The notes under the pieces: model-generated
The model's input: only the letters and a program-made list of their open reading frames with translations
Told to the model about the DNA's origin: nothing
Databases searched by the model: none
Shown: piece after piece, positions 36,939-51,247 of the stretch
How positions within the stretch are numbered: the stretch's first letter is position 1
How the letters are laid out: every line of letters starts with the position of its first letter
Origin: Lama glama
Taxonomy: Eukaryota
DNA: 64,000 nt
Direction: 5' to 3'
Assembly (NCBI GenBank): GCA_028534125.1
Contig: CM052817.1
Location: 58,964,001 to 59,028,000, forward strand
Program-made: the position numbers and the translations under genes

Positions 36939-39900
36939 GTATTAATTGATGAAAATTGACAACTATAGCAAGAACTCCAATGAGATGTGAATTTTTTTTA
37001 ATTTGCTTCTTTTTAAAGTAAAAAAATCACTGTTGTGCTTATAAGTTATATTGCCTTGAAGATAAAGAAATATCTATTGTTATGGAGATAGAGAAGATAT
37101 TGTTACTAGAAACGTTTGGGAATGCAAATTCATTATTCATGCCCTGCAATCATGAGTGGGAATATAAAGGTTATGGAAGTACAGTTTTCAATTTGGACTA
37201 AACTTATTTCTCACTTTTATAAAATCAAAATGTATAATATAAAAATAATACCAGATATTTGAGATTTCAGATCATTATTTCTGGTTAAATGAGAGCTAAT
37301 CTGACAAAAACCAAAATAAAATAAAATAAAATGATTGATGCTTTCCCTAAGCCTAAATATCTAAAATTGAAATGTTTCCTATGCCTCCATGGATAAAACC
37401 ATAAAATGGGTATTACCTTACTAAGCATGTGGACTTTGAAATAGTAAGCTTATAAGACAGGAACTTGGAATGCTGATTATCACATTTCCCTTTGGTCAAG
37501 TACAAGTCTTCGAATCTCTGAATTACCTATCAGTAGAGAGTCCTTACATATTTGTAATTGTGGTGCTTATTAAAGCTGGAAAAGAGTTGAAAGAGTAAAT
37601 GTTTTATTCTACACAAGAACATCAGAATATTCATATTAAATGTCTTCATTCCTACCCTGTTTCCTAAAATCAGTACCTATGTAGGTATCTTACATTTGGT
37701 TCCTGCTTCTAGTATTTATGTTTTTGACTATGTCAGAACCAGTGACTAGTACTTTCTTGGGGTTACAATTAACTAAACTTTTATTTATGTTTTTTGTATT
37801 CAGTATTAAGGACTTTCTTGTTCTATGACTGTCATTGTAACTATTTTGAAGATATAGCCAGTTTAACAATTTTATTTGGTCATACCCCAAAGTAGAATCC
37901 AGCAATAGGGAGGAGTTGCTTAGATGATGAGGTAATTGGAAAGGCTATAAATCTACAATGAGAGGATTCACATCTCCATCTCATGAAATGTTGTGTGCCT
38001 TTTCATTAACAGGCTCACTCAAATATGCCTTTATATGTTACTAATAATTAATTACAGTAAAACTGGATAAATATAGTCTTAGTATTTTTCACTTTCAGAG
38101 AGATACTCTCACAGTAAGATTAACTTAACTTGGGGAAGAAAGAGTCTTGAAAAGTTTTTTCAATGCTTATAGTACATTTTTATTATCAAATGCTTAAACG
38201 GAACATTATCTATTCAAATGATATTGACTTAATTTCCTAGTGATTTATATTTTAAAAGTTATAATCAATTTTAGTGAGTGAAGCTCTATCATATTGTGGT
38301 AAAGACCAATTCTAAATTTGTATACACTGAGGTCTATAATATTTGGATAAATTTTTGCAAAGATTTGACCCATAAAATGTTATCCTTACAATTCAGAATA
38401 CAAGAACTGATTTTACAATGGTTATTAGGTTTTCCATTTTGTGATTATAGTAACTACTTTAAGAGTTCCAAATTACAAAGGCATATATTTTTAATAGACA
38501 CATCTTGTTATCTTTTTCAAAAGAATATTCTAAAATGTAATAAACTAATTCTAAGATTTAATAAACCATAAATATAAAAATTGTGAATATCAAATTTCAA
38601 AATACATTAAACAGGTCAAAAATGATTTGGCTAAAATAATTAAATACTTTGTTTTCATATTTTGCAATATTGGCCTGTTGTTTCCCAGTTTATGAAAGAA
38701 AAGAGCATCAAATATTTATAAGTAGTCTATTCAATGGTAGTTACCTAATTTAGCTGTCATTCTCCAGATAGTTGAATGTCAATCTAACTCAAATGACTAC
38801 ACATGATAATAATACCACCTTACTATTCAGAACCAGACAGCATTTTCCTTTATAACACAAATAGAATTGAAGTTACATATTTAAAAGGAGGGCATAAACA
38901 TAAAAGCATACGCTTTTGTTGTTGACTAACTAGTTGAAGAATTATCCTAAAAGTAAAGAAAAATAATTTTTGATACCTGTGATTAAAAGATTAAATATTT
39001 CCATAGGATTTTACACATCGTACTTCAAACAATCCTTGAAAATATAAAAATATCCAAGGAATAGTTACCACTTTTGATTCAATGTATCAATTTGTATACT
39101 ATCAATTTTCCGAAGTATTTCTCCCTCTCATTTGCTTTAATTTACCTCCCCTAATTTTCATACAAGTTATTTTTTCCTTTTTAGAGCTAAAGAGCAATTT
39201 AAAAAAAAAAAAATCCAAATTGATTTAATCAGCAAGTAGTGATGTAAAACAAATTAAGAAAGGCAGGAGAGCAAAGTATTTATTTATAATATTAATCTCA
39301 AAGTCAAAATGAATGATTTTAAGATACTGAGCTAGCTTCATAAGAACAAACTTTTCAAAGTAGTGTTTTTATTGTACCTTCTGATTTACTTCCTTTTCCT
39401 CTTGGTTTTTCAGTTTATTTGTTGTCATTCCCCTTTCTTTTCTATCTCTGTTTTCCCACACAGTATCTTTGCATCAGTTATCATCCTATTTTAGATGTAA
39501 CTTCTGCTTTACTTGTTTTCTTCTTTCGTTGCTATGCTTAAAAGCAATAAAGGAAGAACCCTCAAGAGTAGTGATAACTAACAGAATTTTTCCTATTAGT
39601 ATTTTTGAAATACACCTTCCAAAGGCATGTCTGGTAGGGTTCCTATAAACCTTACACGAGTAAAGGAATGCATATCTGGCTCTGTATTCTTAGGGAACAA
39701 AGACAAATATATTACGTCTATAAGTTCACAGTTAAATACACATGTATATTGGGAATTGAGGAAGTTCCATTCTTCAGAAAAGAAGTTTCAGTCAGACAGA
39801 GAATACCAAGGAAAAACCTTAAATGGCATGATGAAATTATCAGTATACCACTAATAGAAGACAAGCTAATAAAATGCATTGTTCAAAGGTGGAAAAGGTA

Positions 39901-40156
39901 CAAAAGAAAAATGTAATGTATGTTATAATCCTATAATTTGCAAGGAAAATGCTAAATAACTTCTTTCTTTTAAGACCAAAATAGTGGTTTTACATTTAAT
40001 TGCGCTTACAATTTTGAACTGCTGAAAACGTAAAAACCCATGCTCAGTTATGATACAAAGAAAGAAAAAGGCATTTCCTTTGATGTATAGATCATTGCAA
40101 TTATCATTCTATGCTATTAAATTTATTTAGGTGATGAATATAAAACTGTATGTAGA

Positions 40157-42215
40157 TGTTATAGTTTCAGCTTGGGATGTAGAAAGCTGAAAAGAGCATT
40201 GTTCCTATACTTAGAATAACAATAAAACACCTGGAGAAAATAGAAATTCGTAACTTTTCTTGAATCATCAGAGAACTAAAGTCACAAGGGCAGTCAACCT
40301 AAGATAGAAGCAAAGACAGGCACCTTGCAAGGAGAGACCATACGGAGCAGGCACCATCAGATAACAGAATCCTGTTAAATTCTGGTCAACAAATTGGTGA
40401 GGGGTAAATGTACGCTAGCAAGAGAATATAAACATAAGAATTTATACTCACTTATAGGCTCTTCTCTACAGGCTTCATTAGATGTTCACATAAAAACATT
40501 GGCAGAAAGTGTCTCTTGAACTAAAGGTCTAAAGAAGGGAACTGCAGCTACTCCAGGAAAAGCACAAAACTTCACCCAGATGCTTCTTCCCAATTGTCCA
40601 TACAGAACAAAAGCTTCAAATACAGGGGGAAAGCAAACCACACTGGGGAAAACCCATTGCAGCTGGGAGAAGGGAACAGAAAAACATCTTTTATTTCTGG
40701 GACAGGGACAAGAATACATGAAGGGCTCAGAACTATAGCTGGAGGTGACAAATACCGAGAGGGCCACATCTGTGAGACCCTGGGACACAGTGCCTTCCTA
40801 AGATTTAGTTTCAATCAGAGGAGCAGAGAAGGCCCCACTCTCCTTAACACAGACTAACAAGCAGTGAGTTGTTAAATAATAGAATGTGGCTGGGAATGTT
40901 ACAGGAGTGTGGAAAGAAACCCTCTCTGAGGCCCAGTGCAAACTAGAGACTGAAGGTGGAGCATATGTTTAGAAAAATTCCTGACAAACCAGTTCCTACC
41001 CTAAGCACTCAGTATCATTAGAGAAAATTGAAGGCTGTGGGTAACCATAGCAACAGTAATGAACTCAGTTTAACTCTACTTTGGTTGACCCAGTTGTCCA
41101 TACTAAAGCCTTAGCAGAAGGAAAGGTATGCCCATTTCCAGACATAAAATTTATTTACCTAAGTCTCTAATGTCCTATGCAATGTATCTGGCTTTCAACA
41201 AAAATTTGAAGGCACATGGAAAAGCAAGAAAAAACAACACACTGCCTACTGACAAAAGAAACAACAGAATCAGATTCAGATATTATGCAAATGTTGGAAA
41301 TATCAGAAAGGGGAATTAAAATAACCATAATTAGTATGTTAAATGGAAAAATTTGACAATATGGAAGGACAGATGTGTGTGCAATTTCAGCAGAGAGATG
41401 GAGTTACAAGAATGAATCCAATAGAAATGCTAGATATTAAAATCTCAATAGCAGGTGAAGAATGTCTGTGATGGTCTTATGTATAGACTCAACATAGCCA
41501 AGGGAAAAAAAAATCGATGAATTTGAAGATAGGTCGATATAAATTACCCAAACTGAAACACAGTAGGAAAAAAAGTGGCAAGAAGGAAAAAAAATTCAAA
41601 GCTGTGGAAAAATATCAAGTGGTTTAACTCATGTGCAATTGAAATCTCAGTGGGAAAAAGCAGAACAGTATAGAAGAAAGAACTGAGGAACAATGGCCAC
41701 AATGTTCTATAATTAATGGCACACACCAAATTAGAGATCCAAGAAGCTTAAAGAGCACCAAACAAAGGAGAATTAAAAACAACAACAGCAACAACAACAA
41801 AAAAAGTTACCTAGGCATAGCCTACTCAAACTGCTTAAAAATCAAAGAAAAGGCTGAAGGCAGCCAAAGAAGGAAAATAATATACGTTACATACAGAGGA
41901 ATAAATGACAATTACAGTGGACTTCTCACCAAGAACCCTGTAAGCTAGGAGACAATAAAGTGACATCTTTAAAGTTTTGAAAGGGGAAAGCAAACTAGCA
42001 ACACAGAATTCTATAGTCAGTTTATCTATTTATTTTATTTAAAATTTTTTTATCCCACCTTCCAAAAAAATGAAGGTGAAATAAAGACTTCAGAAAAACA
42101 AATGCTGAGAAAAATCATTGCCAGTATACTTCCACCATAAGAAATGTTAAAGGAAGAAATATATAGCATTGGAAATGGAATAAATGGAACTAAAAATAAA
42201 CTTTCCTTTAAAAAT
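40157..42215 (+). mobile_element. Ancient L1 5'UTR plus decayed ORF1 (L1MC/MD-age or HAL1-like)
   Basis: ORF1-type DNA: aatttcagcagagagatgga, atccaagaagcttaaagagcacca, ctaggcatagcctactcaaactgct, gacttctcaccaagaacc..gacatctttaaagt, aatgaaggtgaaataaagac. Confidence 0.8.
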
Positions 42216-42328
42216 TACATATAGAAAGATCTGCTCTATATTGCTATATGATTTATGACATGTTTTAAATTTGTGAAACTCAAGTTAGATTAAATTTTGT
42301 TACTACTAAGGAATTACCAAAATGATTA

Positions 42329-42669
42329 TCTCCTTAGTCTGTTCCAGCTTTTCTACCAAAAATACCATAGATTGGGTGGCTTAAACAAACGGTTATTTCT
42401 TACAATTCTGGAAACTGGAAAGTCCAAGATTAAGGAGCTAGCAAATTTGGTGTCTGATGAGAGCCCACTTCCTGGTTCACAATGGTTTATCACTGTGTCC
42501 TCATCTGGCAGTAGAGTTGAGGGTGCTCTCTGGTATGCCTTTTATAAGGGCACTAACCCCAGTCATGAGGGCTCTGCCTCCCTAAGGCTTCCCCTCTAAA
42601 TATCATCTCATTAAAGATTAGGTTTCAACATATGGATTTTTAGGGAATATAAATATTCAGTCTATAGCA
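42329..42669 (-). mobile_element. MaLR solo LTR (MLT1A-like)
   Basis: aataccatagattgggtggcttaaacaa..aagtccaagat..ttttataagggcactaa..ggtttcaacatatg..attcagtctatagca. Confidence 0.9.
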
Positions 42670-43744
42670 ATCATATTCACAGTATTTTTATAGCTTATGC
42701 CTCCTACCTCTATAATTGACATTTTGCAGATATTTTTGTGTTTTTTAAGTCAATAGTTTTATATTAAATATTTGAAGTTAATGATGAAACAGAAACTGTG
42801 CATGCAATATGAAACAGAGAGACAGGAACCAATACTATTAAAATCCGATCCAGTAATCATTTACTAATCCATATTTCTGTACCTCAGTGACTGTATGTAT
42901 TGTCATGTTGTTACAGTCCTCTCTTGCCAAAATTATTCTAATACAATGACATTTAAAGGTTGGAAATTGAAGTACTCAACTTAGTACGCAAAGAATATTG
43001 TGGGCTAATACTATAATACAGAATGAAAGGATTGTGATCTTGCTTTCACATTTTCTTTTTAAATAGATGGTGAGCTAAAAGTAAATGAATTAGGTTACTA
43101 TCTTTAGGAATTAGGAATAATCAGAATACTCTTTTAGAACTTTGGAAATTTTCCATGATTAAACTAGCATCCAATTATTAAAGGGGTAAATTTTTCCCTG
43201 TACATGTTTATATGTTACTTTATGATTCTTCTACATATTAATACATATCTGTCAGCGCTCACAAGGTGCTGAATACTGCCTTTATTAAAGTTTACAGACA
43301 TGATGAGATCACTAGTGACATTAAATGAACATCTAGATTAAGGCAACATATTAAAGAATATGTTAGTAAATATAATTTAGATTTAGTAGTTGTGGACTGT
43401 TGATATCACAGAGTTGGAGGGTGAATTTAATTTATATTCTTATGACTTTTCTTAAAGATGCAAATAGGTTAAGTTTCCCAGTAGGGGGAGAATATAAGAA
43501 ATTGTCATAGACTAGCAATATGAAACTATAAATGGTCTTAGAGATTATCTTTTCCAATATATCCGTATCACAGATAAATCTTTGAGAGATGAACTGATTT
43601 ACCAAAGTACAAGACTTAGCGACAAAGCTGGGCTTCTAATCCATCTTTCCTATTTCTTCTTTCTAGGTTCTTTACATTAAAATTGTTATCAAGGTATCAT
43701 CTTTTCTCCTCATTCTGTTGGAGGTTTTTTCTCTTTCTATTGAA

Positions 43745-43990
43745 CTAGGAGATGATACCCAAGTAACTCTTAAAGGATGAACAGAAATTAATCAGGTAAA
43801 GAATGTGAACAAGAGCAAGTCCAGATAGATGGAGCAGCGTGTGGAGAGCATGGCTGGGGACCAGAGTACAGCTTCTTTGAGCAGCTGTGCACAGTTCACA
43901 GGGCTGAGGGATTGGGTAGTTGTGCAGTTGAAGTATTCCCTTGCAACATTGAAAAGGGTCAGTTTCTCTGCTACAAGCCAGACTAAATTC
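43745..43990 (-). mobile_element. L2 fragment
   Basis: ggagatgatacccaagtaactcttaaaggatgaacagaaattaatcaggtaaag. Confidence 0.65.
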
Positions 43991-44011
43991 ACAACAGCAA
44001 GTATTGCTATG

Positions 44012-45073
44012 TTTTTTTTTTAATTGAAGTATAGTTGATTTACAATACTGTGTTACTTTCAAGTGTACACATATATATATACATACATACATATATATAC
44101 ACACATATATATACACACATACATATGATTTTTTTCAAATTATTTTCATTTAGGTTATTACAAGATACTGACTATTGCTCCCTGTGTTATGCAGTAAATT
44201 CTTGTTGCTTATCTATTTTATTACTAGTAGTTTGTGTGTGTTAATCCCATACTCCTAATTTAATCTCCCCTCATTCCTTTCCACTTGGGTAGCCATAATT
44301 TGTTTTCTACATCTGTGAGTCTGTTTCTGTTTTGTAAATAGATTCATTTCTATTATATTTTAGATTCTGCATATAAGTGATATTATATATTTGCCTTTTT
44401 CTAGCTTACTGCACTTAGTATGATCATCCCTAAGTCCATCCATGTTGCTGCAAATGGCATTGTTTCATTCTTTTTTATGTCTGAGTAATATTCCAGTGTG
44501 TGTAAGTGTGTGTGTGTATACACATCACATTTTCTTTATCCATTCATCTGTTGATAAGCACTTAGGTTGCTTCCATGTCTTGGCTATTATAAATAGTGCT
44601 GCTAAGAACATTGGGGTGCATGCATTTTTTCAAATTAGAGTTTTTGTCTTTTCCAGATACATGCCCAGGAGTAGGATTGCTGGATCGTATGGTAGCTCTA
44701 TATTTAGATTTTTAAGGATGCTGTTTGTGTATTTTGGAAATTAAACCCTTGTTGGTCACATTGTTTGCAAATATTTTCTCCCATTTCGTACGTTATCTTT
44801 TCGTTTTGTTGATGATCTTCTTTGCTATACAAAAGCTTTGAAGTTTGATTAGGCCCCATTTCTTTATTTTTGCTTTAACTTATTTTGCCCTGGGAGACTA
44901 ATCTAAGAAAATATTGCTATGATTTATATTTGAGAATGTTTTGCCTATCTTCTCTTCTAGGAGTTTTATGGTGTCATGTTTTATATTGAGGTCTTTAAAC
45001 CATTTTGTGTTTATTTTTGTATAAGGTCTGAAGGAGTACTCTAATTTCATAGACTTACATGAGGCTCTCCAAT
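44012..45073 (-). mobile_element. 5'-truncated L1 (artiodactyl type) with internal deletion near 44718
   Basis: T-tract, aattgaagtatagttgatttacaat 3'UTR; ORF2 peptide PYTKINTKWFKDLNIKHDTIKLLEEKIGKT; TSD-like tatgtttt at 44008 and 45074. Confidence 0.92.
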
Positions 45074-46694
45074 TATGTTTTCTTTTTAATAAGTTCAGTA
45101 GTTTTGGCAAAAGACACTGATTTTTATTAAAAGTTAAGCATTTGTGTACCCTTTCATGTGCAATCCAAGAAACACTTGAATTATTGATCCCTATGGTAGG
45201 TATAATTTATTGTGAAAATATACATTATTAGTAAACTTAGCTCAGTGCTCAAGCATTTTCTTGTCTGTATTATTCCGTGTTCCACAGGCACTCTTTTCCT
45301 TATGATCTGTGATCTGCTTTCCCATGGGACATCTATGGGGAGAATATGAGGCTGGAGTCTGGGGGCCTTAACCATCTAGTTTTCTTAGCAGCGGCAGTTG
45401 AAACTGGAAACCAATAAATTAACATTGAATTTTATACAACTTTCGCATGAATCTTGTTCAGATAAATCTATTTATAAAAAATTAATTACTGATCTGTTTT
45501 TAAATCTGAGACTAAAGGTACATTTTGGGGAGACTGAAAATGTCCTGTAGGAAGGTTTCCTGGGAGACCCCACAGAACATTGGCTAGTGTCCCTTCTTAA
45601 CCACCACCCACCTCCTCACAGCCCTGGCTGTATTGCTGCATCTCATTAAGAATAATGTTGTGAACTTATGTAAATTGACCTTTATTTTCTTAACATCTGT
45701 TTTTGTGGGATTTATGGCATTTGGAAAATTGGTAGATATAATCACAGAACTCATTTGACTGAGAAATCTTTATTATCAATCTCTGCAACAGATTGTAGTA
45801 AATTCTAACATTAGATCAAGAATCTTCTCCTAGAGTATCATTTTTATCTATGAAACATCAATTAGTGTTAGAAATTAATGATATCATTTTAACTTATTGG
45901 CCACTGCTTTTGTTTCATTTTACATGGGAAAGAACAAAAATCATTCTTTATTAATAAATGTGTGTTAGACATGGGGATTTTTTTATGAAAACTTGCTGGT
46001 CAAAATCCATTCAGTCTGTGTTTTGGAATAATCCTAAGTTTTATAGCCTCTGTTTCTTTAAAATTTTCTTTGCTGGATATTATTTAAGTTAGAAAATGTT
46101 ATTTACAGTCAGCCTTTTTTGTGAAACTTTGACTTACAATTTAAAAGAGTGTGTTTCTTTGCTCTCATATAGAATAGCCAATTGAGGTAAAACATTAAAA
46201 GTAATCAGAAGATATTGGGATCAGGCTGTCAAGATTAAAAGCTTTTAAAAATTACATGATTTCTTTTCAATCTCTAAATATGTGAGAATATAATTATTCT
46301 TCAAGTTATGAGCTACAAAAAGTTTCCTGTGGCCGTTCAGGAGTTAAGAGTTTAGAGTCCTTTCTCTTATCTTTTCTTTACTCCATATGATGGAAGAGTC
46401 AAGAAGGCAGATGTTCAGGGAAGAAGATGAAAATTGTCTGACCTCCCTATATTACAAGACATTCAAAAGTGCTATGTAATTTCTTAATAACTAATATTCA
46501 TTATATTTAATTAAATTTCCTCATTGTGGTGATTTTCCAAATCTATGAGTAATATAAGAAATATACATGAAAACTGCCTTTTAATGGATTTTAGTTTATG
46601 TAATCTTAAATTATGTTTCTTGCTAAGACAAACATATTTTAGATGTTCTTTTGGGAAGTTCAGTTAGAGACTGCTCCTGAGTGACTATCAGTAA

Positions 46695-47400
46695 AGTAAG
46701 CAATGTTTCTGAGCACTGCTAGATATCAGACACCATATTAAGTGGTGTATTTATTTTATCTCATTTAATGTTCTTAACATATCTGATAAGTGGGTATTGG
46801 CCCCATTTTAAAATGAGAAATCTAACTCCCTTAGTGACTATAAGTTAGTGTTAGTTTCCTAAGACTGCCCTAACAAATTATCACAAATTTCTGTGGCTTA
46901 AAATGCCAGAAAATAATTTTCTCTTTCATTTCTGGAGGTCAGAATTCTGAAATCAAGATGTCAGGAGCGTTTGTTCCTTATTAAGACTCAAAGGAGAATC
47001 CATGCCAAGCCTACTGCCTCACTTCTGGTGGCTGCTGGTAATTCTTGGTATTTCTTGGCTTAGGGATTCTTTACTCCAATCTCTGCCTCCATTTTCACTA
47101 AGCCTTCCTTCCGTGTGTCCCTGTCTTCTCCTTTTCTGTCTCTTATAAAGACATTGAATTTAGGGCCACTCTAAATCTAAAGTGATGCCATCTCATCTCA
47201 AGAGCATTAACTTAATTACATCTATAAAGACCCTGTTTCCAAATCAGGTCACATAGTGAACTGAGGGTTATAACTTGAAAATATATTTTGGGGGTGACTA
47301 GTTAGCCTTCTACAATGTGCAGTGGCAGAGTCAGAATTTAAATTCTGTTTGGTTTTTTTTCCTTTGGAGTACAAATGCTTTTCATTGTTCTGCACCAACT
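46695..47400 (-). mobile_element. MIR SINE split by an MLT1 LTR
   Basis: ccccattttaaaatgagaaatct before 46845; agtggcagagtcagaattt after 47315. Confidence 0.7.
46846..47314 (-). mobile_element. MaLR solo LTR (MLT1B/C-like)
   Basis: ttagtttcctaagactgccctaacaaattatcacaaa..tctgaaatcaagatgtcag..taattacatctataaagaccctgtttccaaat..ctaca. Confidence 0.9.
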
Positions 47401-48344
47401 CCGTAACTCAGTAAATAGGGCTCAGATTCCATATTAGGCACAAAATGACACTCTTAAAAGATGACTAATATACATTTCTTGATTTTGAGGTGCTTACACA
47501 CTCATAAGACATGGCGGGCTCTTTCTTTAATTTCCAAAAAAGTAACATCATTGCATTATGATTACAGAGAGAAAATATAATTTAAACTGCCTAGTGAAAT
47601 AAATTGCCATATATTACTCCTTTGGTTAAGCATATTTTCTTTATCAGTTATCATTTAGAAACCAGCAAAATGAGAAAATTAAATTAGTACAGTGGCTGTT
47701 AATTATTACAAGAATTAAATAGCACTTTTAATTTTCTTGTATCAGAAAGTTAGACAAAATTTAGAGAAAATTAATTTTTAAAGAAGGATTAAGTTTTTAA
47801 AGGGAAAAATACAATATTAGCCATTATTAAACACACTCCAAAAATACTATAAATATTTTGAGTATAAAAAATTATTAGAAAGTATTATGTGATCTAAAAG
47901 GTTATATGGTGTTTACTTCTAAAGGAAAACATTTTAATATTTAATTATAAAAATCTGGAAAATTAAATATTTTGAAATATTAGAATACCATTTATATTTT
48001 ATGAAGTTCAACAGTTATTTTATTAAAAAATAGTTTTCTAACAGTTATAAAAATGTATTTATACTCATAACTATTACATACAGTGAGAAATCACTAGGTT
48101 TTTGTTGTTCTTGATGATGATAATGGGTTTGTTTCATCATTTTAGGAAAGACTAGCTCAAAAGTTATAGAGCATCAAAGTTATCCTGACTGTTCTTTTGT
48201 GCTGAGTTTCATAGCAGAATCAGCCTGCCTGTGTTTTTGCATACATCATGGTAATTGGATAAATTGTTTGTTTTAAAAGCTACTTGAGTGTATTTCATAC
48301 TAGAATATTTCATATTAAAAAAATTAAATTAAAACAAAAAACTT

Positions 48345-48479
48345 GGGAGGAGGGTATAGCTCAAGTGGTAGAGCACATGCTTAGCATACACAAGGTCCTG
48401 GGTTCAATCCCCAGTATTTCCTCAATAAATAAATAAACCTAATTATCTCCCCCGACTGAAAAAAGAATGATTAAAAAGC
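48345..48479 (+). mobile_element. Camelid tRNA-derived SINE (Vic-1 type)
   Basis: A box tagctcaagtgg, B box ggttcaatccc, tail aaataaataaacctaattatctcccc; TSD aaaacaaaaaactt / aaaacagaaactt. Confidence 0.88.
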
Positions 48480-49034
48480 AAAACAGAAACTTTAACCTAG
48501 TGGCTTTATAGTAAATAAATGAAGATCTATGTCTGTAAATACAACACACTCAAAGTATTTGCATAACAACATGGTTTTTAAAAAATGAAATACAGAAGTA
48601 GTTCCTCAAAGCCTTCATTTGAAATCAGGAGATTTGAACTTACGCAGCTTCAGAGCTGGAAGGGTAACTGATTCTGAGACTAGACTGTATGTAGAAAGAG
48701 AAGGTGTAGGAGTAGCAATGGGCAGGATAAGGAAGAAAGCAGACATAGGAAACTTGGAGTCAAAATCTAACTTTTCCTTATATTAACCAATGTAAGATAA
48801 ATAATTCCACTTTCCATTTTCCTTCACATTTCCGTTCATCTCCTGACCTTCATATTCCTGCCCTTTTACTTACCTCCTTCTCTGGCCCGCTACATCTTCT
48901 CTCTCCACGTAGCATGGTGATTCTTAGCTTTAGATTTGGATGGTAGTATGCATTCAATCAAAGACTTTTCTATAATTAATTCTTAGGGCTTTTCAGGGTT
49001 TCTTTCTTTTATTGATTAAAACCAAATCAGTCTA

Positions 49035-49363
49035 AAAAGACACAAATGAACTTACTTACAGAACAGAAATAGACTCACAGTGATAGAAAATAAACTTAAC
49101 AGCTTCTGGGAGGAAAGAGTGTAGAAAGGGATACATTAGGAGTTCGAGATTTGCAAATACTAACTACTATATATAAAATAGATATACAACAAGTTTCTTC
49201 TGTATAGCACAGGAAACTATATTTGATATCATGTAGTAACCTATAATGACAAAGAATATGGAAACGAATAGATGTAAGTATATGTATGACAGACATTATG
49301 CTTTACACCAGAAATTGACAAAATATTGTAAACTGACTATAGTTCAATTTAAAAGATAAAAAT
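49035..49363 (+). mobile_element. 5'-truncated L1 3'UTR
   Basis: gacacaaatgaactta..acagaaatagactcacag..ctgtatagcacagga..ttgtaaactgactata; TSD 13/15 at 49020-49034 and 49364-49378. Confidence 0.92.
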
Positions 49364-50529
49364 AAACAAATTAGTCTACCCAAGTGGCCATAGTTAATAT
49401 ATAGAATGAATAGATAGAAGAATGAAAAACAAAGAATAATTACAGTTTTGAAAATACTTATCTGATGGGGATACAGAAATAGCCATTTCCTTCCTATTGC
49501 ATTTCAATTTTTTTAAGCAATTAGAATCTGTATTGATCAAATTTACTGTCATTATCTCATTTGTTTGGTTATGAGACATTTGTCACTGCACCTGGGAGAT
49601 CACCTGGTCTAGAGGGTGTGGAAGATAAGTTAATTAGAATTATTATCCTACCTGTTGAGCTACAAAATAGAAACCTAAATGGACTGAGATTGCAGTCAGA
49701 CAGAGGGTCAGCTCATATGTCTGGAGCATTTGGGCACTCTTTAAAAAGAAGGGATAATTGAGGTGCTTGAAAAGTGATGGAAATGACTTATTTTTACAAA
49801 TTGTTAGTTTTTTCACACAATACAACTTATAAAAGAGAATGCAAATTTTTGTTTACAATTCTACCTTTGATTCATTTATTCAGTATTTTAAATTTTATAA
49901 CTTAGTATAATTAGCACTTTAACATAAGTAAGATTCGATTTTTGACTTCATAAGTTGAAGAATTTAACAGAATTTTGAATGAAATATATTAAGGGAATAT
50001 AAAAACAGGAAATGATAGATTTATGTATTGTTTTCTGCTTTAACATTTCCTACAAAGTAAATCTTTAACATACTGTATCACTACAATATAAATTTACTCT
50101 GTAATTAAAGTGCTTGGACTTTAATATGAGACTAAAAGTAAACTATTAGTGAATTATATATACTTTATTTGTGACATTACTGGCCACATGGTTAACAATC
50201 AATTTATTTATTATAACTATCTATATGCTTAATTTCTAAATAAGGAGAGAAACTAAAGAAATCACTATTTAAAAAATAAATAAGTAAATAAACAAAAAAA
50301 CAAACTGCTATTCCAAATTTGGAATTGAGGCATGTTATTTTGACCATTAAGCTATCTGTAAATAGTCCAAAATAAAATTGAGTTGTGTCAGATATCACTA
50401 TAGACAGTAAAATGAAGTAAGTTTTGCTTCTGAACCTCCATGTTCAGTTGCTCTGATTCAATTCTACTTTTTCTTTGATGTAGCAAAAAAACAACAACAG
50501 AATATGCAAAAGCTAATCTAATTCTTTCA

Positions 50530-50725
50530 AATTATATATTTGAAAATAATTACATAATAAAAATGTATATTATATACATTTGTTTTATATACCATATGTA
50601 TTATATTTTTATAAATCATAGATTATATTATATATACATTATATTTATTAACTATAAATTACATATAATTATATACTAAAGTGTATAATGATATATAGAT
50701 AGATAGATAGATATGTATAATTACT
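50530..50725. repeat. AT-rich low-complexity tract ending in (GATA)n
   Basis: Degenerate (TA)n followed by tagatagatagatagata. Confidence 0.85.
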
Positions 50726-50727
50726 AA

Positions 50728-50975
50728 TGCTGACCTGAAATAGACAGCCAGTTATTTCTCCAGCAACATCAGGTTTATTTGGGATCAGCAGAGAATTGTA
50801 ATTTGGGGTCTACAATCTTGATGAGCCACATGTAATTCCCTGCAGAGCAAGGGAAGAACACTTTTTGATAGAAAGGAAAAGGAAGTCGGGAGGGTGATAG
50901 TAAACAAGGAGTTTGTAGCTTTTCATTGGCTGAGTCCTTGTGAGGAAAGAAGAGAGATCTTTTTCCCTTCTTCTA
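50728..50975 (-). mobile_element. ERV1-class LTR, truncated
   Basis: TG start; minus-strand AATAAA (ggtttatttggg ~50775) and CCAAT (cattggc ~50924). Confidence 0.65.
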
Positions 50976-51049
50976 GCAGAGCCACTGAGCTAGATGTGGT
51001 TATTTATGTGGTTATTTCTACTTCTATAAAGAACAGTACTGAGTTTGTA

Positions 51050-51180
51050 TAATTCCCAGTATATTGTCCATTTTTCCATGTGAAGAAATTGAGGAACAGA
51101 GAGGTCAAGTAACTTACCTAAGGACACACAGGCAACTATTTATGGAGTTAGCATTTGAGCTCATGCAGTTTGTCTCCAGG
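51050..51180 (-). mobile_element. MIR SINE
   Basis: gtgaagaaattgaggaacagagaggtcaagtaacttacctaaggacacacag. Confidence 0.85.
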
Positions 51181-51247
51181 CAAATGTATAATACCTTTCT
51201 AAAATGAGGCAATCATAAGTCAAAAATATGAAAGGTAAAAGTACAGA

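Noticed and set aside
48345..48420. tRNA gene
   Set aside because: tRNA-like head continues into a SINE tail with TSD and lacks a proper acceptor stem.
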